Below, piece after piece: positions 51,403 to 64,000 of a stretch of DNA of 64,000 nt. Source of the DNA: Camelus dromedarius (lineage: Eukaryota); NCBI RefSeq assembly GCF_036321535.1, contig NC_087447.1:48734001-48798000 (forward strand), written 5' to 3'. The notes below the pieces were generated by a model, which did not search any database, was not told the origin of the DNA, and saw only the letters and a list, made by a program, of their open reading frames with translations. A program made the translations under genes and the position numbers. How positions within the stretch are numbered: the first letter of the stretch is position 1; every line of letters begins with the position of its first letter.

Positions 51403-54400
51403 AGCATTTCTTGTAAAGTCAGTCTGCCAATTAAAAATTTCTTCCAGCTTTTATTGATCTGGGAATGTCTTTATTTCACCTTCATTTTTTAAAGTTTTGC
51501 TGGATGTAAGCTCTTGGTTGACAGTTTTTTTACTTTCAGCACTTTGAATATGTCGTCCTTCTGGCTTCCACTAGTTCTTACAAGGAATCACTTGTTAATC
51601 TTACTGGGGTTCTCTTGTTTGTGACAAGTTGTTTGCTCTTGCTGCTTTCAAAATTCTCTCTGTCAGTGCTTTTTCTATAATATATCTGGGTGTGAATCTC
51701 TTTGTATTTATCCTAATTGAATTTCATTGAGCTACTTGGATGTGTAGATCAGTGGTTTTCATCAAAATGTGCATTTTTCAGCCATTAGATCTTCAAATTT
51801 TTTTCTGCTCCTTTTTCTCTTCTCCTTCTGGTGCTTTCTTTACACATATGTTGGTGTACTTAATAGTGCCCCACAAATTCTGTTCATGTTTCCTTCTTCT
51901 TCTTTCTCTCTGTTCTTTAATTTGCATAATCCATATCAATCTATATTCAAATTTACTGGTTCTTTCTTCTGCCACTCTAGTGAATTGTTAATTTTAGTTA
52001 TTGTACCCTTTATCAAAATACCTGCTATGTGCTCAGCACTTAAATACATGATCTCTTTTCATCCTCACAACAACTGTAGGGGCTAGGTACCAAGTGCATT
52101 TTGGCAGATGAGAAAATGGAGGCTCAGAGAGATTTACATAAGTTGTTCATGGTTACCCAGCTAGTAAAATGATAGAATTGGGTTTCCACCTTAGGTTTTT
52201 CCAAACTGCCAAACCTATGCTTTTACTCTCTTTCCTTTTAAATTTTAAACATACTTAAAAAAATTATTTATTTTTTCAGAAATTCTCAATTTTATTGACC
52301 ATTACTTAGAAGTATATTTTTCAACTTTTAAATTGATGTATAAGTGATGTATAATATTATATATGTTTCAGGTGTACAACATAGCGATTCATAATTCTTA
52401 AAGGTTATATTCCATTTATAGTTATTAAAAGTATTGGCTATATTCCCTGTGCTAAACATACTTTTAAAAAATTCAAGTAATACATACAGTTTATAAGTCA
52501 AACAATAGAAAAATTAACGTATAAAGTACATGTTAATAATTTTTCCTTTCTCCCCTCTAATGTCTTCCCCGCTCCCTTATCACCATCCTCTACCACATCT
52601 CAATTAACAAACATTAACACTGTGTTGTGTAACTTTCCACCCCTTTCTTTTTGCTACTACAAATACATAAGCATAAAAAAGGGGGTTCTTTTTTCCTTAA
52701 CAAAAATAGGGACCTGTACACATTACTGCGTAACTTGTTTTTTCACTTAACAATATTTCATACTCATTCCTTCTTCCTGGTTGGTACATATAGATTTAAC
52801 TCATGTTTTAAATAACTAGATCATATTCCATAATATAATGTAAATGCATAAAAATGTCTTCAATAATTTCTCTACTGTTAAGACATTCAGGTTATTTACA
52901 GGATTTTTTTTCCACTGTAAACAATGTTCTCATAAATATCCTTGTATGTATTTTTAGGTACTGATACTTTTATTCCAATAGTAGAGAGTCTTAAAACAGA
53001 GATTACTGGACCAAAGTATATGTAAATTAAAAATTTTAGTAGATTCTTCCAGAATATTTTCCAGACAAATTATGGTGTAATGTTATACTTCCACCAGCTG
53101 TGTGAAATATGTCTATTTCCTTACTCTTTGACCAGGGCTGGATGTTCTTAATCTTTTATTTTTTTGTCAGACATATTGTTGAAAAACTATACCCTACTTT
53201 TTAAAAATATGCATTTCCCTGACAAATAGTGGGTTTAAGCATACTTTCATATGCTTATTATCCACTTACATTTCCCCTTCTATGAATTGCCTGCTCATAT
53301 TATTATCATATGTCTGTTCTTCTCTGTGGATTATTTATCTTGTATACATTCCACACTGCAACTTAAGTGGTCAATGAAAGAATCAATCTTTCAACTTCCA
53401 GTCCGGGTATTTCTCCACTTAGGCCACTTCCTGAACAGTTGTGAATTTGTGTTTTGCTGTGTATTTGTTTTCTTGTATTTATGCCTCCTCTCTTTGCCCA
53501 TGGCCAATGGGAGAACAGTTCACTCTTAGCATAACTACCTCTCTCCTTGTCCTACACATTCCATCAGTCCCTCATCTTTAAGTTCCTCATGGATGTGTCA
53601 AACTGTGTCTTATGATCCCTGAGCTGTAGGGTCACATGTTGAGCTCCCTGAGCAGTTTCCTTGGTGTCCCCTGCCTCCCTGTATGCACTGATTGTCACCC
53701 AGTAGAAAGGAACATTGCTCTGGGATTCAGGAAGTTTGAGATCTAGTCTGGGTTCTGATACTGACTCATTGTGTGTCCTTGGGAAACTTTCTTTTCCATT
53801 CGGGACCTTGCTTCTCTGGCTCAATTAAAGGAAGATGCCAGACTAGATTTATTCATCTATCTGGTAAGTGTTTATGGAACCCCTCTTATGTGCCAGGAAC
53901 TGTTCCAGGCACTGGGAATCAGCAGAGAATAGTAGGTGATCTCTGGTGGCCCTTTCAGCCCCCACATTCTCTGATGCTCTTCCCTACCAGTTCCCATTCA
54001 CTCCACCCCAGCCCCACAACAGGCAATCAGTTCTGGCCTCTCACATCATCACCTTTTCTACTCCAGCAGTGCATAGCCTTCTCTTGCTGGGACCTTTGAT
54101 AGAACTAGGAGTGAGCTTCCTTTGCAGGCAGCATTGCTGTCTCTCTCTCTCTCTGTTACTGCCCATCAACCTGGTCTGTCTGCCCTGGAAGTACTGCCTG
54201 GCCAACGACAACGGAAAGGTTTATTTGTAGAGGTCAGGAAGTCCCCCATGACCCCTCTCCATCCACCTCTGGGACAGGAAGCCCCAGGAGGAAAAAACAA
54301 AAGATGAAACGCTGGCAAATTTCCCAGCTTCCAAATGTTCAGTAGTACTTTAGTCTGGAAGATCCCTTCTGCCCAATGGACAGTGACCTCCCTCAGCAAC

Positions 54401-54810
54401 TCCTTCCTTCTAATTGGGCCCCAGGCCCTCAGTTCCCTTCCAGGGAATCCAGAAGGACTTAGGTGACGTAAAAGAGGTAAAAGAAATGAATATTGACTCT
54501 CTGGGAAAGGATGCATGTTGTCTTATCCTACGCTAAGCCTCTGTGTCTGAGAGGGAGGGAGGTCGAATTCACAGAGTGGGAAAATATTCTCAGTGGTAAA
54601 GGAAGCCAGTGACTCACCTGCTCTGACCTTTACCTGTGCCTTCCCATGTCCAGGGTGATTTCAGGGAGAGCATGGGGATGGAAGAAATTTCCAAGCCTCT
54701 ATTTTTGCTTCTGAGTTATTTGAGGACCCTTACTCATGACACCCCTTTCCATCCACCACTCTCCCAACAGCTTAGGTAACCTGCCTGGGAGAAAATATCA
54801 AGAAGATATG

Positions 54811-54963
54811 ACCTGTGTAGTTGCCCAGGGCCCTGTGCTTAGAAGGGCTTTGTACTTGGTTTAATGCTCTGCCCTTGCCATCTTCAAATTCTTAATAATT
54901 TCTGAACAAGAAGCCCACGTTTTCTTTTTGCCCTGCGACTCATAAATTACATAGCTGGTCCTG
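54811..54963. mobile_element. MER91-like hAT MITE
   Basis: ACCTGTGTAGTTGCCCAGGGCCCTGTGCTTAGAAGGGC...AAATTCTTAATAATTT...AAATTACATAGCTGGTCCTG. Confidence 0.65.
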
Positions 54964-56454
54964 ATTTAGGTGTCCCATGTATTAGGTTCTAAGCCAAGTA
55001 CTCGACGTACTCCTTCTATTCTACTCTCTAACTGTGCTGAGCTAGGGACCATTTAGCTCCTTGTTAGCACTGATGAAGTTTAGGCCTAGGTAAGTAACTT
55101 GCTCAAGGTCACATACCAAATACTGGGTGGAGCCAGGATTTAAGTCCAAGTCTAACTCCTGAGTTAGTGCTCATTCCTGTCCACAGTGCTTCTGACCAAG
55201 AGAAATGCTTTTAGTTCCCACTTCATGGGAGAGCTGAGTCTGGAAAAGCAATTCAGGAGTGTCAGGCGGGGGTGGGTGAAGGGCTTTCACCGGAGCTGGA
55301 TTTTCAAGCAAGCCCTGAGTATATCTTTTTTGAGAACAACCTGAATACACATTCACACACTCACTTACACTCAAACACTCATGCCCACACACTTGCACAT
55401 GTTTACATCCAGCCCCACATGCCACCTAGATCAGAGCTTGCCTTCAGAAGCAGTTCAATTACATGTACCATTATAGTGTCCTGAAGGGTCAACACCATTG
55501 GGGACCCCTAAGGAAACACCTAACCTGTTTGATGGGTGAGAAAAACCAAGGCTCTGAGAGGGAAGAGACTTATCTAGGGCACACATTTTACTAGTGGCAG
55601 AGCTAGGGGCCACATGCCAGCCTCTGGACTCTCGATTTGACAGTACAGCATGAGGGTGAATTGACAGGAGGTAAGATGGGGCCACTACAGGTATCTAAGT
55701 AGAAAGGAAGCTTGATCTTAAGGTTAACCAGGCTCTCTTCTCTCCTGACCACCCTTCCTCTAAACCCCAAGTAAAACTTACCTGTCAGCATCTGAGAAGT
55801 GCTCTGCTTCTGGCTGGGCACAGAACCCCTCCACCTCCATATATGTATTTGTAGTAATGCTATTGCTCAGGACCCAAAAACACCTGCTTTAAAAGGTTAA
55901 CCAGTTTGGATTAGGAAGGTTGAATTGTTCTTTCATTCATAAGCAAAGCAAAACACAAAGACAAAATATAAACAGGATGAGGCATGAAGGTTTAATTACC
56001 CTATAGAAACAGGAGAGTTTCTATGAAGTAAAAAACAAAACATGATCTTCCAGAAACTGCCCTGGAGGAGCAGATGACCTGAGGCTGGACCCAGTTTAGG
56101 ACCTTCTCTAGACAATCTTCCAGCACCAGCCCCTGAGACCAAACTGAGCTAGAGTCATGGGGTTAAAAGAACAGGGTTTTGATACCTTCTATCTTTCATA
56201 ATAAAGACTCTTATGTTTCTTCCTTGATAGCTCTGGGTTGAAATTTTGACTCTGTCACTTATTAAATATGATTCTGGGCATGCTGTATAATCTTTCTAAG
56301 CCTCAGATTACTCATCTGTAAAATGGATATGACACTCAAACCTACGTCCAGATCTCAAGGTATTCCCAGGGTGTGGGACTTTCGGTGCTAAACCCAGGAG
56401 AGTCCCAGGCAAACTAGGAAGGTTAGTCACCTTAGGCTATTAGGAAGACATTTT

Positions 56455-57449
56455 TTTTCAATTGAAATATAGTTGATTTACAATGTTGTCTTAGTTTCTG
56501 GTGTACAGCAGAGTGATTCAATTATACATACATATATATTCTTGTTCATATTCTTTTCCTATACAGTGAGACCTTGTTGTTTATATATTTTATGTATAGT
56601 AGTTTATATATGCTAATCCCAAACTCTTAATTTATCCCTCCTGCAGCCCCTTTCCCATTTGGTAACCATAAGTTTGTTTTCTATGTCTGTGAGTCTATTT
56701 CTGTTTTGTAAATAAGTTCATTTGTATCATATTTCAGATTCAACATGTAGGTGAGATCATATGGTATTTATCTTTCTCTGTCTGACTTACTTCACTTAGT
56801 ATGATAATCTCTAGGTCCATCCATGTTGCTGCAAATGACATTATTTCATTCTTTTTTATGGGTGAGTGGTGTTCCATTGTATATATATACCACATTGTCT
56901 TTATTCATTCATCTATTGATGGACATTTAAGTTGCTTCCATGTCTTAGCTATTGTGAATCGTGCTGCTATAAACATTGGGGTACATGTATCTTTTCAAAT
57001 TAGAGTTTTCTCCAGATCTGTGCCCAGGAGTGGGATTGCTGGATCATGTGTCAACTCTATTTTTAGTTTTTTAAGGAATGTCCATACTGTTTTCCATAGT
57101 GGCTGCACCAATTTACATTCCTACCAACAGTGTAGGAGGGTTCCCTTTTCTCCACACCCTCTCCAGCATTTATTGTTTGTGGACTTTTTAATGATGGCCA
57201 TGCTGATTGGTGTGAGGTGATACCTCATTGTAGTTTTGATCTGCATTTCTCTGATAATTGGTGATATTGAGCATCTTTCGTGTGCCTGTTGGCTATCTGT
57301 ATGTCCACTCTTTGGTTGGGTTTTTGTTGTTGTTATTGAGTGGTATAAGTTACTTGTACATTCTAGAAGTTAAGCCCTTGTCAGTTGCTTCATTTGCAAA
57401 TATTTTCTCCCATTCTGTAGGTTGTCTTTTTGTTTTGTTTATGGTTTCC
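56455..57449 (-). mobile_element. Younger 5'-truncated L1 with 14-bp TSD
   Basis: L1 3' UTR plus ORF2 C-terminal region. TSD TAGGAAGACATTTT at 56441-56454 and 57450-57463. Confidence 0.9.
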
Positions 57450-57776
57450 TAGGAAGACATTTTAGAAAAGCATTTATCATGGTGGCTGGCACACAGTAAT
57501 TGCTCTAAAAATAATTATTATTATTCTTTCTTGTTACTTCAAACATTTAAAAAGTCCCTCTGCCTGCCACACTGTGTGCTTGGCACTGCTAAATTAAATT
57601 ACAAACATTTATAGAGCTCACTTTATAGTTTACAAAGTATTTTTATACTTATTGTTTCATTTATTCTTTATAATAGCCCTGTGAGGGAGATAAAACTCAA
57701 TATCCCTGTTCTACAGGTAAGAGAACTGGAGCTCAGAAAGATAAGTGACTTGCTCAAGGTCACTCAGCTAATAGGT

Positions 57777-58147
57777 TGCTATGGACTGAATGTTTGTGCC
57801 TCCCTCTCCCCTAGTTTGTATGTTGAAGTCCTAATCCCCATTGTGATGGTATTTAGAGGTGAAGTAATTCAGTTTAGCTGAGAACATAAGGGTGGAGCCC
57901 CCCATAAAGGATTGGTGCCCTTAGAAGAAGAAGAGACCAGAGCTCTCTCTCTTTCTCTCTGCCAAGTGAGGATACTGCAAGAAGCTGACCCTCTGCAAAC
58001 CAGGAAGAGGGCTCTCACCAGGAACTGAATCAGCTGGCACCTTGATTTTGGGCTTCTTAGCCTTCAGAACTATGAGAAATAGATTTCTGTTGTTTAAGCC
58101 ACCTAGCTAATGGTATTTTGTTTTAGCAGCCTGAGCTGACTAAGACA
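57777..58147 (+). mobile_element. Solo MaLR LTR (MLT1A-like) with 5-bp TSD, nested in a MIR
   Basis: TGCTATGGACTGAATGTTTGTG...GCCTGAGCTGACTAAGACA. TSD TAGGT at 57772-57776 and 58148-58152. The MIR core AAGTGACTTGCTCAAGGTCACTCAGCTA lies immediately upstream. Confidence 0.9.
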
Positions 58148-58794
58148 TAGGTGAAGGGTTAGGAGATGAATGTGAGTCCCTTGGCTCCAGAGCTCAAGGA
58201 CTTTTACATCATATCACATTCTTTCTCTCACTACCCTTCCTCCTCCTAGCCCACTGAGGCCACTGTTCCTTTTTACCATTATTGAGCAGGGTTCCTTGCT
58301 GCAAGCAGGAAACAGGTTCTGGCTTATTTAAGCAGAAAACAAATTGCTGAAGAAATGTTAGGTAGCTCACAGAATCTCCTGGATGGCAGGGAGCCAGGCT
58401 TGGACCTCACCCCGGGATAACCTTCCAAATTCACCACATGGAACTACCCCAGTGAACACATGACAGTCACTGCTCTGAGGAATGGGTACCATTCATGCAC
58501 CATCAAGATGACCAGCGTCAGACCCTGGACCATGCCACCACAGCTGCTGCCTCTGCTGCCAGCCATGGCTCACACTGATTCTGCATAATCCCACTTCTTT
58601 GTCTCATTAGCTTCCAGTTCAAAGTCTGTCTAAGGTAGTATCTGATTGACAGGGCTTAGGTCATGTACCATGTCTTAGATGTAGGGGATGCTGGGAAAGT
58701 GAGTTGGCATTTTCAGTTTCTCTAATGGGAAGCCAGCTCTGTCTGTCTTGTAAGATGAGGAATTCTCCAAACATGAACAGGCCCAAAACAATTA

Positions 58795-59030
58795 CAGTTG
58801 ACCTTTGAACAACACAGGTTTGAACTTTCTGGGTCCACTTATATATGGATCTTTTTCAGTAGTAAATACTACAGTATTTATACTCTTTGTGATTGATTGA
58901 ATCCATGGATTTGGAACCACAAAGGATAAGAAGAACTGTGGATGCGGAGGACCAACTGTAAAGTGAAACTTGGATTTTTGACTGTGCAGGGTTGGTGCCC
59001 CTAACTCTTACATTGTTCGAGGGTCAGATG
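58795..59030. mobile_element. Tigger2-derived (TcMar) MITE
   Basis: TA followed by CAGTTGACCTTTGAACAACACAGGTTTGAACT, with the inverted end TTGTTCGAGGGTCAGATG. Confidence 0.75.
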
Positions 59031-61599
59031 TGCAGCTATTTGCTATCTCACCCCTTCTTTCCTCTCTCTACACCTCTAGGCCATCTACCTCCAATTTTAT
59101 TTTATTTCATCTCATTATACCTTGCTAAAAGTGTCCCAGGTCTTGTGAATTAGTCCAGAGTGAAGCCCAAGTTCCTTAAAAGGAGGTATGCTTTTACACA
59201 GGGATGTTAATCCAGGTACTCCAAGAAGCAGAACCAATATGAGATTAAGCATGCAAGATTATATGAGTGAAACATATGAAAGAAAATGGGAAAGGAGAGT
59301 TTGGTTGAACCATAAATCCTCCATTCCCTGAGTAAGCAGAAGGGGAAGGGGTACAGGGTTGAGTGGAAGTGTCCTAGAGCGCTCTAAGGTCTAAGGAAGG
59401 TTGGGTTATCCTGAAGCCAAAGTTGGCTGTCAGAGGTCAGAGGACTCCTTTGCCTCTCTCCCTGCCTTAGTCTCCCTGCTGTGTCCAGTCCTTGGCTGAC
59501 AGCAGCTCATGGGAGGTGATGTCTCAGCACAAACTGGATGCTAGACTTTAGAGAGCAGCATCTGGGGCCCTTGGTCTGGGGCCTCCTACAGTGGGAGGAC
59601 TGCAGTGCATCTTTTTATAGCCATATAACATGCTTTTTTTTTCTGCCCCCAGTGCCTCCTTCCCAGTTTTTTATTTTTGGCCAACTCCTTTTGATCTCTT
59701 AAAACAGGTCTCAAATCTTCATGAAGTCCTCCTTGAACTTCCCAGTCACAATGCTCCCACAGCGTCTTCTATCCAGCAGTCTCTTAGCAATATTCACACT
59801 CTTTACAACTGTGTGTTTAGATGCCTGTCTCCTCTCCAGACAGAGCTCCTCTAAAGTGGGAACCATTTCTGTGTCCCCAGCACTTACACATCGGTAAATG
59901 TTGGGGCAGGATTAAGTGTGGACATGGGATGGATGGTTGAATGGGTTCATACCATTTCATCAGGGTCCTGCTCTCCCTTAAGCAATTCTGACAAAATTCA
60001 GTGAACTAAATCTTTCCTTACTCATTATCTCTCATAGCCATCTGTCCCTCGTATTGCCACTGCTACCACCCTGGTTCAGGCCCTCTTCTGCCATCTAACG
60101 TCTGGACTGTGGCAGCAGCTGCTACCTGACCTCTTTGCGGGATCTCTCCTCCAGTTCATTGTCTGCACAGCATCAAAACAATGTTTCAAAAGCAAAATAT
60201 CCTTCAATAGCTCTCTGTTGAAAAGAGGGAAGACCAAACTGGTCTGAGCTCTACAACCCCTTATGATCTGGCCCTGGTGACCTCTACAGGCCATCTCGCT
60301 GTGCCCTGTGTCACACCCTAGTCTTCCAGCACAGTGTTGCTCCTAGTTTACCCCATGAACTTTGCTGCTCCAGGCCCCTATTTCCTCCCTCCTGCCTAGC
60401 AAGGCACCAACCCACCTCTAAAGATTCTCCTCGAAGTCATCTCATCTGTAAAGACTTTCTAACCTTCTCCCCAAGGAGAATTAACCAGTCCCTCCTTTGT
60501 GACCCCATTTTACTCCTTATACTTTTAGCCTCGAACCCATAACATTCCATTTTTTTCTCCTGCTCATTGTGGTCTCCTTGAGGGCAAGATCAGTGTTTTA
60601 TTGTTTCTGATGGGACTTAACATAGAGCTGGTAGAATTTTTAGGTATTTAAGAATGCTCACAGTGTTTGCAGGGATACATGAATGAATGAGATTTTTTTT
60701 AAATGACAGATTATTTTGGATTATTTGCATTTTAATATATATGTATAGAGGTCAGGATTTTCATTTTTGTTTATCGTTTGATTGGTTGGTTCGCTCATTT
60801 GCCCAACATCGAAATCTGTTTCTTTTTTGGAGAATTCTCTACCGTAAGAGTCTTTGGGGGTTGGGGTTCAGACCTTGTCTCCCATTATAGAAGTGACGAA
60901 GGCTAAATATTTGCTTTCCCAGGCCCCCATTACAGCCAAGGTATGCACATATAATCCAGACTCAGTCAATCAGGTACATTCTCCCAGAACTCAGAACAAG
61001 ACATTTGTGTTGTAAGGAAGCAGGGACAGTGGAGAATTCATTTTTGGCAGTGGTTGGGGGCAGTAACATCTAGGTTTGAGGGCAGCAATGCCAACAAAGT
61101 GGTGGCCTCTGGGTCCAATATTCAGGGCAGGGGGAGAGGGGGCAGTGGTGTCCTTATTGCATTGGTTCTGTAGCGTGATTTGAGCTGAGGTTGTACCTGC
61201 CTTGGCTCCCTCTGTTCCTTTCAGTTTTTTAACAGCTTTATTGAGATGTAATCCACATCCCACACAATTGTGCAATCATCACGACAGTCAATTTTAGAAC
61301 ATTTTTATCAAAATGAGACTCTCTACCATGTAGCTATCACTCCCCTACCCCTTGTCCCTTCCCAGCCCAGAGCAACCCCTAATCTACTTTCTGTCTCTAG
61401 ACTCCCCTGTTCTGGATTTTTATACGATTCATATAGTATGTGGTTATTAGTGACTGGCTTATTTCACTTAGCATAATGTTTTCAAGGTTCATCCATGCTG
61501 TAGCATGCATCAGTACTGCATTCCATTTTACAGCTGAACGCTGTTCCATTGTATACCAGATTTTGTTTATCCATTTGACTGTTAATGGTCATTTGGGTC

Positions 61600-62016
61600 A
61601 GTTAAAAAGAAACAAGCCCCAAACAGAGTCACTTCTGCTAAGTCTCACCAAGACTTAATACCTAACCTAATTGCAGTTTCAGTCACTCCAAGGAGTGGAA
61701 TTGTAAACCAATCAGTCTGGAATTTCCCGTTCAGCACTAATGAGGTAATAAGATGATAAGAGCCCCCTGTGCTGCTCACATAGGGAAGGTGACCTAGCCT
61801 GAAACAATTCTTTCTTCTTTTTTGCAAATTTTACTTCCTTGTTCTGCCCCATTTTTTTTCCTGTCTATGAAAACCTTCCATCTTGTACAACTCCTTGGAG
61901 TGAATCCCCTTTAGTAAATACTGTATTTACTAGATGGGATGCTGCACAGTTCATGAATCACTGAATAAAGCCAATTAGATCTTCAAATTTACTCTGTTGA
62001 ATTTTGTTTTTTAACA
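61600..62016 (+). mobile_element. Solo ERV1-type LTR inserted in an L1 3' end (about 61225-62100)
   Basis: Inverted termini (A)GTTAAAAA...TTTTTAACA, CCAAT (AACCAATCAG), AATAAA near 61965, and 4-bp flanks GGTC/GCTC. L1 sequence resumes on both sides. Confidence 0.75.
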
Positions 62017-64000
62017 GCTCTTTTTGATGTTTTGGCCATTATGAATAATGCTGCTGTAGACATTTGTGAACAGGTGCCTGTGTGGATATATGCTTTTATT
62101 TTCTGCCCATTTTTTGAGCCTAATACTTCAGGCTTTCTGTTGACTCCACAGCTACAGAAGATTATTTTAACAAATTCATTTCTTATTCTAATCAGCCAGA
62201 GTTCACTTCTGTTGTTTAAGTGAGGTCTCTAACTCCTTTCCCTTGGGGCCAAATTCCTAGCCTCAGGACAAAGGGCTATACTTGGCTAATGTGACATACT
62301 TCCCAATTAACCTTCAAAGTCTTAAGTTTAGTTTTCTCCATACTTTGATGTGGAGAATAAGGTCCAGAAAAGGAAAGTGGCTTGCCCAAGGTTACAGAGC
62401 CAGTCAGTGGTACAGCTAGGACTAGAATCTAGGACTCTTATCCCAATTTAATGTTCTTTCCCCTACACTATGGTGCCTTTCATCAACTCAACAAACGTAT
62501 TTAAGCTCTGTGGCCATAAGATATATGAAAGAAGCAGAGGATATAGAGTCCAAAGACATAGTTTCTATCCTTGACTTTGCCACTTCTTAGCTTTGTGACC
62601 TTCGACAAGTTAACAATGTCTCTGGGCCTCAGCTATCTCATCCATAAAAGCTGGGGACTAGAGGAGAGGGATTGGGTTATTGGATCCAATCTCAAATGCC
62701 TACAGCCTTGGGTGGGTGTTACTGTTTCACGTATTCAGCTATATTTTATTCACTTATAATTTATTCCCTTAATTACAATTTATAACAGAAACATTTATCT
62801 GCATTCAAAAGAATAAAGTCTGTTGAGATTTCAGTCCTTTGCTTCCATGTTGTTGCTTTTTCATCTCACATCTTATCTATATTCTTTTTAGTTCTTATTG
62901 TGCTTTATTTTTGTAATGGCATCGTAGGTTGATTATTTCAACACAGACACACTGCTTACTTCATTTGCACAAAGAAATGGGTTCTTTCTCCCTCCTCCTT
63001 TTTTGAAAATGTGTGGTCCTCTTAATCTAGCTTTTATTTTCTTCCTTTTGTTGAAGACATGGTTAAGAAATATTTCACTTATAATAAAAAGGTCTAAGAA
63101 AAATGACGGTACAAGTACCGTGAACAATGGCAAAAGACACTTGGCCTAAGTGCTGGGAAGACCCCAGGGAGTGGTAAGAACTAAGAACCACAGGAGACCA
63201 CAGCCTGGACAAAAGATACCAGCCAGATGTTTGGATTAATGAATAAAGCCTGAAATCCGATTTTAATATGGAATCCCCTATTCTTTCAATTCAGGCAGTT
63301 AATTCAATTAAAGTTTGGCCCACAGAGCATTTTCTAATTGGCTGTTGAGGTCCTATCTTCATTGTTATTCTTTCTGTGAGAAGGAGCACCAGCAGCTCCT
63401 GATGGAAGATGATGAAAGAAGAGCAGACGCTGCCACCTGCTGCTCAGTGACCGGATGTACCTGATGGTCCTTTACTCGGGTTTAGGTGGCACCCTCAGAT
63501 CTGTCAGATCTGGAAGGCCTCCTGGGCTCTCTGTTTTATGGATGAGATATCCGAGGCACCTGGAGGTCTTTCATTTCAATATCCAGATGCCATTTATCTA
63601 GCTCCTGGGTAACACCCAAGAGCAGAATCTGTCCTCTGATGAGCATCAGGGATGTGCTGGCACAGAGCCCAAAGTATAGAAGACACAGGGAGAGGAGAAA
63701 GGATTGGAATGGGAGACACCAAAGGAAGTTGGAAGCTCCAGAAAGGGGCACCGGTTAAGGTAAGAAAGTGGAGAGAAAAGAGTGGATTTGAGAAGCAGTA
63801 CAAACAGACAACCAGACTTGGGGAGACATAGGATCTGGAGAATGAAGAGTAAGTCTGCACAAGTTAACCTTCGTAAAACTTCAGTTTGATCATTCATTAG
63901 CTCTAGCCTGTTTCTAGCTTCACTCTGAGACCATACACAAAGCAAGCTGTCATCAGGTGGACACTGAATGCCCCTCCCCACCCCCAGTCAATCTCCCCCT

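Noticed and set aside
56801..57220. 139-aa plus-strand ORF
   Set aside because: The antisense frame of L1 ORF2/3' UTR, a common spurious ORF.

Overview
Mammalian genomic DNA, most likely camelid, judging by three copies of a tRNA-derived Vic-1-like SINE. The layout matches the KCNE3-LIPT2 interval as I recall it from human 11q13.4. The only intact protein-coding gene is LIPT2 (minus strand, 2 exons, 225 aa, CpG-island promoter). A second CpG island at about 6.9-7.6 kb and a cleanly spliced 134-nt exon at 1730-1863 look like the two non-coding 5' exons of KCNE3, whose coding exon would lie left of the window. A decayed processed pseudogene of RWDD4, with its long 3' UTR, sits just upstream of that promoter. 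The rest is a dense mosaic of L1, L2, MIR, MaLR/ERV LTRs and fossil DNA transposons, including a recognisable hAT transposase C-terminus. I see no evidence of a new multi-gene system. The most unusual items are (i) a 502-bp retroviral LTR-PBS(tRNA-Lys)-leader fragment flanked by a 12-bp duplication with no poly(A) tail, (ii) a 2-kb composite L1-bearing insertion with an 11-bp TSD inside a MaLR LTR, a candidate 3' transduction, and (iii) a perfect 15-bp hairpin in the LIPT2 3' UTR. Repeat family names are by eye and need RepeatMasker/Dfam confirmation.
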